Shown here: positions 1 to 14,885 of the stretch, one piece after another
Layout of the letters: each line of letters begins with the position of its first letter
How positions within the stretch are numbered: position 1 is the stretch's first letter
Source of the DNA: Longimicrobiales bacterium
GTDB lineage: Bacteria; Gemmatimonadota; Gemmatimonadetes; Longimicrobiales; Gaopeijiaceae
Reading direction: 5' to 3'
Assembly: GCA_963422615.1 (NCBI GenBank)
Contig: OY730414.1
Coordinates: 868,001 to 932,000, forward strand
Length of the DNA: 64,000 nucleotides
Notes under the pieces: generated by a model
What the model was told of the DNA's origin: nothing
Database searches by the model: none
Seen by the model: only the letters and a program-made list of their open reading frames with translations
Made by a program: the position numbers and the translations under genes

Positions 1-2
1 CC

Positions 3-410
3 GCGCGAAACTGCTTCGTCTGCGGGCCCGATAATCCCGTCGGGCTCCGCTTGGAGTTTCGCCTGGAAAAGGGAGCGTGCGTGTCGGAGTTCACGCCCGG
101 GGAGGATCACGTGGGGTATCCCGGTGTGGTTCACGGAGGGATGATCTACAGTGCCCTGGACGACGTCATGGCCAACTGGTTGTACCTGCAGGGTGCCCGC
201 GCTTACACCGCCCGTTGCGAGATCCGGTACCGGGAGCCGGCGGGGGTGGGTGACGCCCTCCGTTTGGTCGGGCGACCCGAGTCGCGAAAGCGCAACTGGG
301 TGAAGATGAAGGCAACGGCCAGCAGGATGGCCGACGGAAAAGTGGTGGCGGACGCGGATGCCACCTTCGTGATCATCAATGAGGCGGAATTCGCGGACGT
401 CGGTTCCTAG
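3..410 (+). CDS. PaaI/hotdog-fold thioesterase (5' end outside window)
   Basis: Frame is open from position 3 (ARNCFVCGPDNPVGLRLEF); contains the GVVHGGMIYSALDDVM hotdog thioesterase motif. Confidence 0.85.
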   Translation, partial: ARNCFVCGPDNPVGLRLEFRLEKGACVSEFTPGEDHVGYPGVVHGGMIYSALDDVMANWLYLQGARAYTARCEIRYREPAGVGDALRLVGRPESRKRNWVKMKATASRMADGKVVADADATFVIINEAEFADVGS

Positions 411-892
411 TGACCATGAGTTCCGTACCTCTCCCCGGCTGCCTTAACTCCCCTGCAGCCGCCCAGTTGTCAGACCTTAACACCGCCTCTGGCGGATTCG
501 CCTGTCTCCCCTGATCAGCTAGGACGCAGGACCCGCAAATGGCGATCCGGTTTACGTCGGGTTGTCTTCGCAGTGCACATGCAGCTCCCCGGATTCCTTA
601 AAGTGTTCCGTAACGACCACCAGGCAAGAAGGGTCATCTTCTGCGGATTGATGGCAACGCGCAAACTCCTCAAGCTCCTCTTGGGTTCCGTGGAGATTCC
701 CGGAACACCTGGGGTCGGGATCCATGGCGGCAATAGCTTCCCCTGTGGCAGCGGCCCGTATTTCCCGAAAGTACCGAGCGAAATAGTTCCGGCATCGGTT
801 CCCCGGAGATGCGCTTCGCGCCCGCATTCGATGGCAAGCCTTTCGGGAAGCGCTGACCGTTCTTTTTCCTAAACGCGCGTATCCCGCCAGAA

Positions 893-6300
<5,408 letters not shown>

Positions 6301-6362
6301 GTCAGAGCGGCGCTTCGCGGGCTGATTCAATACCCACCCCGCCACTGCGGGCTATTCTTCCG

Positions 6363-6827
6363 CTACCCTTCATCGATGTCGGCCGACCAGGTGATTTCGA
6401 CCGAGTCCCTGATGCTGCAAGCGGTCGGACACTTGGACACGTGGGTTGCCAGAGCGCGGTCGATCTTGTGCCTCGGCGCGTCCGCCGCCACCCGGATCGT
6501 GTAGTGCACGTGGATCTTCGTGAGGACGACAATCCGGTCGAGGACCTCGTTGATGCCTTCGGCCTCGACGCTGACGGCGTCGTCGGGTACCGGGATTCCG
6601 CGCACCTCCAGTGCGCCGGTGAGTGTCCCCAGGAGTCAGCCGGCCGCCGCGGCAACCAGATAGTCTACCGGCAGGGGCAAGTCGGGCTCGGTGTCGAGGC
6701 GGTAGTACGCCTTGATCGGCCCGTGAACGCCGAAGTCGGCGGTCGTGCCGTCCTCCAGAGTCGCGCGTCTGTGGACTCCGGCGATCCTGGCTACGTGGAC
6801 GTTTGCGGTGTAGAAGGCGTCGCTCAT
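6363..6827 (-). CDS. OsmC/Ohr-family protein with in-frame UGA (probable selenocysteine)
   Basis: ORFs 6636-6827 and 6363-6605 share one frame, joined by TGA at 6636-6638: PVDYLVAAAAG-(UGA)-LLGTLTGALEVRGI...HVSKCPTACSI. UGA sits where OsmC proteins have the first catalytic Cys; AAGGAG RBS precedes the ATG. Confidence 0.85.
6600..6616 (-). promoter_or_regulatory. Putative bacterial SECIS hairpin
   Basis: GCGCAC-TGGAG-GTGCGC: perfect 6-bp stem starting 19 nt after the in-frame UGA, with G at the second loop position. Confidence 0.65.
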
Positions 6828-7093
6828 CGGGGTCTCCTTGATGGGGTTTGCGGGGCGATGGGTTGTGGGGGCTCGTCGTGGAGCGAGTCGGGCTCGTCGC
6901 TTTCCTGAACCTTGACTACAGTGTAGCCATGGGCCACCAATCGCGGAAATGTGCGCCAGCTTCCCCGGGGATGCCCAGGAAAGCCACCATGTTCCGAAAC
7001 GGTTAGGTTTATGGCCTGCCGCGATTCTTATGGGAACGGAGATGTGCGCCGCAGGGGGCAGAGCACCCCTTCGGGTGCCGGGAGGGATGAGGA

Positions 7094-7753
7094 ATGTTCA
7101 CCGGTCGCCGAAGTCTCCGGCTTCCAGGCCCCGGGGAAGCGTTGCCGGGACGCGAAAACCCGCTGGGCGTGCCGGAGCTACACTACGTGAAGGGGAAACG
7201 GATCAAGCCCCCGTTTCCGGAGGGTCTCCAGCGGGCCTACGTGGGAATGGGTTGCTTCTGGGGAGCGGAGCGGCAGTTCTGGCAGATGCCCGGCGTCTAC
7301 AGCACCGCGGTGGGTTATCAGGGCGGGCTTACCCCGAACCCCACCTATGAGGAAGTATGCAGCGGGCGTACAGGACACGCCGAGGTCGTGCTGGTGGTTT
7401 TCGATCCCGACCGGGTAGCCTACGGTTCGCTCCTGGCCGCTTTTTGGGAAGGGCACGACCCGACTCAGGGGATGAGGCAGGGGGCGGATGTGGGAACCCA
7501 GTACCGCTCCGCGATCTACACCAACGGAGACCGCCAGCAGCACCTCGCCCGGGACTCCCGATTCCGGTACGGTCAGAACCTCGCCAGAGCCGGTTTCGGC
7601 GCCATTACGACGGAGATCGTCGCGGCTCCCAAGTTCTACTACGCGGAAGCGCATCACCAACAATACTTGGCAAAGAATCCGGGCGGTTACTGCGGCCTGG
7701 GCGGTACGGGCGTGTCCTGTGGGGCGAAGCCTGACCGGGTCAGCTCCGAATGA
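7094..7753 (+). CDS. msrA: Peptide-methionine (S)-S-oxide reductase
   Basis: [46 protein letters not shown] motifs. Confidence 0.96.
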   Translation: MFTGRRSLRLPGPGEALPGRENPLGVPELHYVKGKRIKPPFPEGLQRAYVGMGCFWGAERQFWQMPGVYSTAVGYQGGLTPNPTYEEVCSGRTGHAEVVLVVFDPDRVAYGSLLAAFWEGHDPTQGMRQGADVGTQYRSAIYTNGDRQQHLARDSRFRYGQNLARAGFGAITTEIVAAPKFYYAEAHHQQYLAKNPGGYCGLGGTGVSCGAKPDRVSSE

Positions 7754-8628
7754 CGGCCAACCGCCCCGCAAACGGCCCACCGTGGCGAGGGCGTCTCTAC
7801 GAGGTCCTCTTCGAGCCGGACAGCGGGCTTTGGGCCAAGGTGTTCGACATTTGTCTTATTCTGGCGATCCTGGCCAGCGTCACGGTCGTCATGCTCGATT
7901 CGGTCGAATCGGTGGTGGAGCGCCATAGGGCCTTGCTGCACGGGTTGGAATGGGCCTTCACCATTCTCTTTACGGTTGAGTACGGGGCCAGGCTAGCGTC
8001 GGTCCGTTCGAAGCGCCGTTATGCCTTGAGCTTCTTCGGCATCGTCGACCTGCTCTCCATCATTCCCACATACCTGAGCGTTCTGCTTCCAGGCACGCGA
8101 TTTCTCACGGTCATCCGGGTGGTGAGAGTGTTGCGCGTGTTTCGGGTCCTCAAGCTGGTCCGGTATCTGGGCGAAGTGCGGACCTTGCGCCAAGCTCTTT
8201 CGGCCAGCCGATACCGCATCACCGTCTTCCTGGTGACGGTCTTTACCTTGGTGGTGATCCTGGGCTCCTTCATGTACCTCATCGAAGGACAAGTTGCAGG
8301 CTTCACCTCGATTCCCGTCGCCGTCTACTGGGCGGTGGTGACGTTGACGACGGTGGGGTTTGGAGACATTACGCCCCAAACGGCAACCGGGCAGTTCGTC
8401 TCCGTATTGATCATGCTCATGGGGTATGGGCTGATTGCGGTGCCGTCGGGGATCGTGAGCGTGGAGTTGGCCCAAGCCCACGGCCTTGGAAAAACGTCAA
8501 CTCCAGCTAGGGGAAAAGTCTGCTCCGACTGCCGTTCCGGGGGCCACGACCAAGATGCCCAATTCTGCAAAGGGTGCGGGGCAAACCTGGTAGATGTGAC
8601 GACGGGGGCGATGGAGGATGCCGAATGA
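7750..8628 (+). CDS. Voltage-gated-type potassium channel (Ion_trans) with C-terminal zinc ribbon
   Basis: S4 [13 protein letters not shown]; pore [10 protein letters not shown]-terminal CSDC...CKGC. Confidence 0.92.
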   Translation: MTANRPANGPPWRGRLYEVLFEPDSGLWAKVFDICLILAILASVTVVMLDSVESVVERHRALLHGLEWAFTILFTVEYGARLASVRSKRRYALSFFGIVDLLSIIPTYLSVLLPGTRFLTVIRVVRVLRVFRVLKLVRYLGEVRTLRQALSASRYRITVFLVTVFTLVVILGSFMYLIEGQVAGFTSIPVAVYWAVVTLTTVGFGDITPQTATGQFVSVLIMLMGYGLIAVPSGIVSVELAQAHGLGKTSTPARGKVCSDCRSGGHDQDAQFCKGCGANLVDVTTGAMEDAE

Positions 8629-9359
8629 GCAAGCCACCACAACGCCGCACGCGGAGGGGGCCGGGAGCCGAAGCCGATGTTTTCGAGACCGCGAGAGGCA
8701 AAGCCATTGATGTCCTGAGCGAATGTTTTGCGCAGGACAACATGACCCTTGAAGACTTCGAGCGCCGCGTGAGTCTTGCGCATCAAGCCCACACCAAGGC
8801 GGAGCTGGAATCGGTTCTCGAAGGGCTTCCCGTCGGCGCTTGGGCAAAGAGGGATCGGCGCTCACCCGGTCGTGTTTCGACCGTTTCCCTTCCCGCGGGC
8901 GTACGGCCCGCACGGGTCAGGCGAACCGACCGGGCCGTTGCCGTGTTCGGCGAATCCAAGCGGGTGGGTTCCTGGATTCCCGCCCGGGAGACCACCGTCG
9001 TGGCCGTCGTGGGTTCCGTCGTGATCGACCTGCGAGAAGCGCTGCTGGGTGACGGTGAATTCACGTTCAAGGTCCTGACGGTCCTTGGTTCGGTAGAAGT
9101 GATCGTACCCCCCGGTCTTCGCGTCGAATGTGCTGGATCAGCCATCGTCGGAAGTTTTGATCACCGTCCCGACACTCACTTCAAGGCGGAAGAGGACGCT
9201 CCGTCGGTTCGGATCGACGGGCTCTCCGTTCTGGGTTCCGTCGAAGTGGAGTTCAGGCAGCTAGGCGAATCCAAGCGGGACGCGCGGCGGAGGCGGCGTT
9301 TTGAGAAAAAGGAGAGGAAGCGGGATAGGAAACGAGGGCGCCTCCGTTCGGGAGGATAG
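8625..9359 (+). CDS. DUF1707 (SHOCT-like) plus LiaF/DUF2154-like protein
   Basis: R.KAIDVLSECFAQDNMTLEDFERRV..A..A.T..EL matches DUF1707; GSV.IDLR and GSVEVIVP repeats; ATG overlaps the upstream stop. Confidence 0.75.
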   Translation: MSKPPQRRTRRGPGAEADVFETARGKAIDVLSECFAQDNMTLEDFERRVSLAHQAHTKAELESVLEGLPVGAWAKRDRRSPGRVSTVSLPAGVRPARVRRTDRAVAVFGESKRVGSWIPARETTVVAVVGSVVIDLREALLGDGEFTFKVLTVLGSVEVIVPPGLRVECAGSAIVGSFDHRPDTHFKAEEDAPSVRIDGLSVLGSVEVEFRQLGESKRDARRRRRFEKKERKRDRKRGRLRSGG

Positions 9360-9431
9360 ATTCGCAAGGATTTCTGCGTCAACCCTTTTGCTTGGCCCGT
9401 CGTTTCCTGGCAGGGCCCCATCTCTGTACAT

Positions 9432-9653
9432 CTAGAAAGGATCCGGTCCACCTTCTCGCCATGCTTCCCAGCAGGTCCACGTTATGTCGTTCTGTTCCCA
9501 TGACACGCAGTGAAGCGGCACTATGTTTTCACAGCCGAAGTAGGAGCACGTAAGAATTGGTTTTTGCGCCATGCCGGATTTCGATGTGCCAAGGATGGCA
9601 CAACCAAATGACACTACGAAAAGCGCCAGGAGGATCGACCTTTTTGCCGTCAT
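9432..9653 (-). CDS. Small secreted Cys-rich hypothetical protein
   Basis: Signal-peptide-like N terminus (MTAKRSILLALFVVSFG) and 4 Cys in the mature part; lower-GC DNA. Confidence 0.5.
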   Translation of the reverse strand: MTAKRSILLALFVVSFGCAILGTSKSGMAQKPILTCSYFGCENIVPLHCVSWEQNDITWTCWEAWREGGPDPF

Positions 9654-9738
9654 GATTCTGATCTAGAGGAGCGAAGGGCATGGCGAGCGCCATCCCCGCA
9701 GCCGACCAGAATGGTGCCCAAGCCCAGCAGGAACTTGG

Positions 9739-10527
9739 TCATGGTAGTTCGTCCAGCTTCCAAATCCGCACCGTCGGGATGAGCTGGGTTTCCAGGGTGG
9801 CAAGCTGCCCGTTGGAAAGCACCACCGCATCCCTCGCTCGGTGCGGCAACAGGTATGTCCCCAAGTAACCTCCATCCATGCGGTACGTGTCCACCATCCG
9901 CCAGGCATGATCCGTCGCTCCTGCGAAAAACACGTAGATTCGAGAAGCGTGGACCGACAAAGTCAGCGTCGCAGTCACCGCCTTTGGGTCCATTCTGGTG
10001 ACGCGCATGGACGTCGCGTTCATCCTTGGAGGAGGCTCGACGTCCTGCACCACCTCAGGGAAAGAAAGCGGTTCGATCCCATCGAAGATCGTGCGAACGC
10101 GACCGGAGGAATCAAGCACGACGATTTTGCTCGACCAACGAAAATGGACAACTGCCCCTCCGTCGGCCAAGTTCGTTGCCCACCCCTCCGCTGCTAGGGA
10201 TTTAGGAGACCCCAGGGCTGCGGGCGTGGCCAAATAAATCGGGTCTTCACGTGCCCGGGACACCCACAGAGTGTCGTCACGGGCGCTAGACTCCGGCATA
10301 ACCGTCCAGTGACCGGGGTGGAATGTGCCCGGCATGATTTGGGTCGCGCCGGGTACACGGTGTGTTTCCACCAGATTTCCAGATGGGTCCACGACGGTAA
10401 TCCTGGCCTGATCTACGTCCACTACCATCAGGTTCCCGGATGCATCGAACTCCATGTCCATCATTCTGAGGAATTCACCAGGCCCCGAGCCACGGCCGCC
10501 AAAGCTCCAACCGTTTTCGACTACCCC
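9739..10527 (-). pseudogene. 5'-truncated 6-bladed beta-propeller (NHL-like) protein
   Basis: Frame continues upstream of the ORF-track start as WSFGGRGSGPGEF, then meets TAG at 10528-10530; no signal peptide; C terminus ..IPTVRIWKL resembles the intact paralog at 21391-22686. Confidence 0.6.
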
Positions 10528-10793
10528 CTAGTGAACGGCGGGCCCGCCCGTTCCTTTTTCGTCCTGATAGCAGGATATTGATACCTCAAGGCCTCCGATT
10601 GGCGTATCAAGATCTCCTTATGAGTAAGAGATATTGAGAAGGGGATGTCCTCTCGTGTTCCAGGGTCTACACGGCTCTGTCGAGACCGACTTGTTTGCCG
10701 GAAGCCATCCACCGCAGTATTCTTCCTCGGGTTGGCCGGATAAGAGAGTCCGGCGCTACTCGCGTCCATAAAGGGGAGACAGGTGTCAAGGAA

Positions 10794-11216
10794 ATGAGTG
10801 AAACAAACCGCGGGAGATTCAACGAACTGACCCTCAACACCCTTCGCGTCTTCGCCGGGTTTCTCTTCTTTCAACACGGTGCCCAGAAGCTCTTCGGCGC
10901 CCTGGGCGGAAACCAGGTCGATGCCCTAATGGGCGCTCGTGGAATTGCCGGAATTCTGGAGCTCGCGGGGGGCCTTCTCTTGGTCGTCGGCCTGTTCACC
11001 CGACCCGTTGCCTTCCTGCTGGCGGGCCAGATGGCCGTGGCCTACTTCTGGGTCCATTTCCCCAGGGGCTTCTGGCCGATCATGAACGGGGGCGAGCTGG
11101 CGGTCTTCTACTGCTTCACTTGGTTGTTTTTCTTCGCCAACGGGGCGGGCAAGTTCTCCCTGGATGCTTGTATCCAAGCCAGAAAAGCGAAGACGTCAAC
11201 CACCAGCGGAGGGTAG
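10794..11216 (+). CDS. DoxX family membrane protein
   Basis: LRVFAGFLFFQHGAQKLFG, ELAGGLLLVVGLFTR, NGGELA, GAGKFSLD. Confidence 0.92.
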   Translation: MSETNRGRFNELTLNTLRVFAGFLFFQHGAQKLFGALGGNQVDALMGARGIAGILELAGGLLLVVGLFTRPVAFLLAGQMAVAYFWVHFPRGFWPIMNGGELAVFYCFTWLFFFANGAGKFSLDACIQARKAKTSTTSGG

Positions 11217-11310
11217 GCTTCGGGGCTCTTCGTTGTTGGGCGCGGACCTCATCGCCTTCGCTGTTTGCCATCCCGTGTGAGGACAGGTCACCGGCTTGAC
11301 CTGCCCGGGG

Positions 11311-11727
11311 TCAGCAGTGTTCGGCGAAGGCCGTCGCCAAGTCCTGGGCGATCTCCGGCGCGGCGCGGCTCTCAATCTGGAACCGCTCCAGCATGAAGAC
11401 CACATCCCCGTCCTTCAATAGGGCGATGGAGGGTGACGAAGGCGGGTATCCGACAAGTTGCTTGCGGGCTTCCGCGGTAGCGGCCATGTCCTGCCCAGCA
11501 AATACGGTGACTTTGTGGTCCGGGTGCTTCGGCCCCTCCAAGGCCATCTTCACGGCGGGTCTGAACCGGCCGGCTGCGCAGCCGCAGATGGAGTTGACAG
11601 CCACAAGGACGGTTCCCTCCATGGCCTCCATCGCTTGATCGACTTGCTCCGCCGTGCGGAGTTCCTGGAAACCGATCCTGACCAACTCTTCCCTCATCGG
11701 CGCAACCATCATTTCGGGATAAGGCAT
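11311..11727 (-). CDS. BrxA/BrxB family bacilliredoxin
   Basis: MPYPEMMVAPMREEL, NSICGCAAG (CGC motif), TVFAGQD, PPSSPSIAL. Confidence 0.92.
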   Translation of the reverse strand: MPYPEMMVAPMREELVRIGFQELRTAEQVDQAMEAMEGTVLVAVNSICGCAAGRFRPAVKMALEGPKHPDHKVTVFAGQDMAATAEARKQLVGYPPSSPSIALLKDGDVVFMLERFQIESRAAPEIAQDLATAFAEHC

Positions 11728-11890
11728 CTCGACTGTTCCTTCTTTGAGAGTTTTGTCCGGGATCAACCGGACTTGCTTGGGGGTTCTCTATAGTCTACCG
11801 GGGAATGGGTACGGGTTCCAGGTGAAGCCGGGGCCCGGGGCTGGCAGTGCTTCCCCGAGGAACCGATATTCGGAGGGGAGGAGGTCACGG

Positions 11891-12358
11891 ATGGAAGTCG
11901 TCCGCCTGCGGGTAAACGGAGACGAGCGCGTCTGCGGCGTTCCCGCCCACTACACGCTGCTGGAGACCCTGCGCTACGGGCTGGGTCTGACCGGATCGAA
12001 GCAGGGCTGCGACAAAGGCGATTGCGGCGCCTGCACGGTCATCCTGGACGACAGGGCGGTGCTGGCGTGCATCACCCCGGTTCTGGAGGCCGAGGGTCGG
12101 AAGGTGCGGACGGTGGAAGGCTTGGCCAATGGTACCGAACTCCATCCCATCCAGGACGAGTTCGACCTCAACGGAGCGGCCCAGTGCGGCTTCTGCACCC
12201 CCGGGATCCTCTGCAGCTCGGTCGTCCTTCTGGAGCGCAATTCGTCGCCGTCCAGGGAAGAGATCCGGGCTGCGCTGGCGGGCAATCTCTGCCGATGCAC
12301 GGGCTACGCGAAGATCTACGACGCCGTGGAGGCCGCGGCAACGAGGATGCGCCGGTGA
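11891..12358 (+). CDS. Xanthine-oxidase-family 2Fe-2S subunit (HcrC/CoxS-like)
   Basis: GCDKGDCGACT, QCGFCTPG, GNLCRCTGY. Confidence 0.93.
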   Translation: MEVVRLRVNGDERVCGVPAHYTLLETLRYGLGLTGSKQGCDKGDCGACTVILDDRAVLACITPVLEAEGRKVRTVEGLANGTELHPIQDEFDLNGAAQCGFCTPGILCSSVVLLERNSSPSREEIRAALAGNLCRCTGYAKIYDAVEAAATRMRR

Positions 12359-14883
12359 GCGGGCCAGACGACTCGGGACGGCGGGGCCAGCCAGCCGGGC
12401 GGGGAGAATCAAGCGGTGGAGGCGGCCCGGGCGGGCGGGCCCGGCCGGGAAGTGACGGCTTCTCCGCCATCGGTCGGCCGATGCGGAAGGTGGACGGACT
12501 GGACAAGGCGACGGGCCGAGCCCGGTACACCGACGACATCCGTCTTCCGGGGATGCTCCACGGCAAGATCCTCCGTAGCCCGCACCCCCACGCGCGCATC
12601 GTCGCCATCGATACGTCTCCTGCGGAGCGCATGAAGGGCGTACACGCCGTCGTGACGGGCCGTGACATGCCCGTGACCTACGGGATCATTCCCTGGACCC
12701 CTGACGAGTACCCGCTCTGCCTGGACCGGGTGCGCTACATCGGGGACGGGGTGGCGGCGGTGGCGGCGGTTGACGAGGACACGGCCACGGCGGCCCTGGA
12801 GCACATCAAGGTCGCTTACGAGGAGCTTCCGGCCTACCTGACCCCCCACGAGGCGATCGCCGCCAGCGTTGGTCCGTACATCCACGAGCCTCGCAAGGAA
12901 GGGCAGAACGGGAACATCACCAAGGTCGTGAAGTTGGCGTTCGGCGATGTGGAAGATGGCCTGGAAGGTGCCGACATCGTGGTGGAGGGCGACTACTTCT
13001 TCCAGGGTACGACCCATACGCCCATTGAGCCCCACTGCGCCATCGGAATGGCGGACGGTGCAGGAAAGGTAACCGTCTGGTCCGCCACTCAAGTCCCCCA
13101 CTACCTCCATCGGGAGCTGGCCCGGGTTCTGGGGCTGGACCCTGCGAAGGTCCGGGTCATCCAGCCTCCGGTTGGGGGAGCCTTCGGCGGTAAATCCGAG
13201 CCCTTCGATCTGGAATTCTGCGTGGCCAAGCTGGCCATGAAGACCGGTCGGCCCGTGAAGATTCTCTACACGAGGGAGGAAGTCTTCTACTCCCACCGGG
13301 GCCGCCACCCCTTTCACATGCGGTACAGGACCGGCGTCCGCCGGGACGGTCGCCTCACTGCGGTGGACGCCCAGATCGTCATGGACGGGGGCGCCTACGC
13401 CTCCTTCGGACTCGTGACGACCTACTATTCGGGGCAGCTCCTCACGGCGCCCTACAAGATGCCGGCCTACCGCTTCCACTCCACCCGGGCGTATACCAAC
13501 AAGCCCGCGTGCGGGCCGAAGCGAGGTCACGGCTCCGTCCAGCCCCGCTTCGCCTTCGAGGTGCAACTCGACCGCATTGCCGAAGCGCTGTCCATCGATC
13601 CGATCGAGCTTCGAAGGCGCAACTTCATCGGGTCCGGAACCCGCACCGTCAACGACTTCAGGGTGACGTCCAACGGTTTCCTCGAGTGTCTGGATGCAGT
13701 CGAACGGTCCAGCGACTGGAAGGCCAAGTTCGGCAATCTTCCCTTTGGCCGGGGCGTGGGCGTGGCGGGCTCTACCTACATCTCGGGCACGAACTACCCC
13801 ATCTATCCCAATGACATGCCCCAGTCGGGCATCCAGCTCCAGGTGGACCGATCGGGCCGGGTTTCGGTCTTTTCCGGTGCTTCGGAGATCGGCCAGGGCG
13901 CCGACTCCATGGTGGCGTATATCGTCGTCGAGGAGTTGGGCGTACCCCTGGACCATGTGCGAGTCTTCGCCGGGGACACGGACTTCACCCCGGTGGATCT
14001 GGGCGCCTACTCCTCCCGGGTCACCTTCATGTTGGGAAACGCCTGTATCCAGGCGGCCCGGCGGATCAAACGGCAGGTCCAGGAGGCTGTCGCCCGGGTT
14101 TGGAGGGTGAAGCCGGGAGAGGTCCTCCTGGCCGGGGGCCTCGCCCTGCGGGCCGGGGACACGGGCGTGTGCATGCCCATCCGGGAGGCCTTCAACCTTG
14201 CGGAGGCGAAGTTTGGAACGTTGGGAGCGACGGGGTCCTACAACACGCCCAAGGACATCCACGGGGAATACCGGGGCGCGACGATCGGGTCCTCCCCGGC
14301 GTACTCTTTCACGGCCCATGTGGCCGAAGTGGAGGTGGACCCGGAGACGGGATTTGTGGAAGTCAAGAAAATCTGGATCGCCCACGACTGTGGAAGGGCG
14401 CTGAACCCCGTCCTGGTGGAGGGCCAGATGGAAGGGTCGGCCTACATGGGATTCGCAGAAGCCCTCATGGAAGAGCAGATCTTCAAGACGGCGGACCAGG
14501 GGCGGGCGGGTTTGCACAATGCGCCGTCACTACTGGACTACCGGATCCCGACCAGCCTGGACACCCCCGCCTTGGAGTCCTTGATCATTGAATCCGTTGA
14601 CCCCGAGGGCCCCTACGGAGCCAAGGAGGCGGGAGAAGGCCCGCTCCATCCGTCGATTCCGGCCATTGCCAACGCCATCTACGACGCGGTCGGGGTGCGC
14701 ATGGACGCTTTGCCATTTTCGCCACCACGGGTCTGGCGGGCCCTTCAGAGGGTGAATGGGTCCGGAGCCTGCCCCGGCAGGGCCCCCCAGCCGCGTTTCG
14801 AAAAGATGCCCGCGGCGCCTTGGAGGGAGGCCCATGGGGGGCGCGTGGGTCCCGGCCGTGGCGAAGGTCGGAACGGAGCCTAG
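12355..14883 (+). CDS. Xanthine-oxidase-family molybdopterin-binding subunit (4-hydroxybenzoyl-CoA reductase alpha-like)
   Basis: GGAFGGK, GAYSSR, GQMEG, GAKEAGEG; GTG start overlaps the upstream stop. Confidence 0.9.
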   Translation: MSGPDDSGRRGQPAGRGESSGGGGPGGRARPGSDGFSAIGRPMRKVDGLDKATGRARYTDDIRLPGMLHGKILRSPHPHARIVAIDTSPAERMKGVHAVVTGRDMPVTYGIIPWTPDEYPLCLDRVRYIGDGVAAVAAVDEDTATAALEHIKVAYEELPAYLTPHEAIAASVGPYIHEPRKEGQNGNITKVVKLAFGDVEDGLEGADIVVEGDYFFQGTTHTPIEPHCAIGMADGAGKVTVWSATQVPHYLHRELARVLGLDPAKVRVIQPPVGGAFGGKSEPFDLEFCVAKLAMKTGRPVKILYTREEVFYSHRGRHPFHMRYRTGVRRDGRLTAVDAQIVMDGGAYASFGLVTTYYSGQLLTAPYKMPAYRFHSTRAYTNKPACGPKRGHGSVQPRFAFEVQLDRIAEALSIDPIELRRRNFIGSGTRTVNDFRVTSNGFLECLDAVERSSDWKAKFGNLPFGRGVGVAGSTYISGTNYPIYPNDMPQSGIQLQVDRSGRVSVFSGASEIGQGADSMVAYIVVEELGVPLDHVRVFAGDTDFTPVDLGAYSSRVTFMLGNACIQAARRIKRQVQEAVARVWRVKPGEVLLAGGLALRAGDTGVCMPIREAFNLAEAKFGTLGATGSYNTPKDIHGEYRGATIGSSPAYSFTAHVAEVEVDPETGFVEVKKIWIAHDCGRALNPVLVEGQMEGSAYMGFAEALMEEQIFKTADQGRAGLHNAPSLLDYRIPTSLDTPALESLIIESVDPEGPYGAKEAGEGPLHPSIPAIANAIYDAVGVRMDALPFSPPRVWRALQRVNGSGACPGRAPQPRFEKMPAAPWREAHGGRVGPGRGEGRNGA

Positions 14884-14885
14884 GC

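Noticed and set aside
515..890. Small ORFs between the thioesterase and GH2 genes
   Set aside because: Conflicting overlapping frames and no recognisable family; cannot choose one
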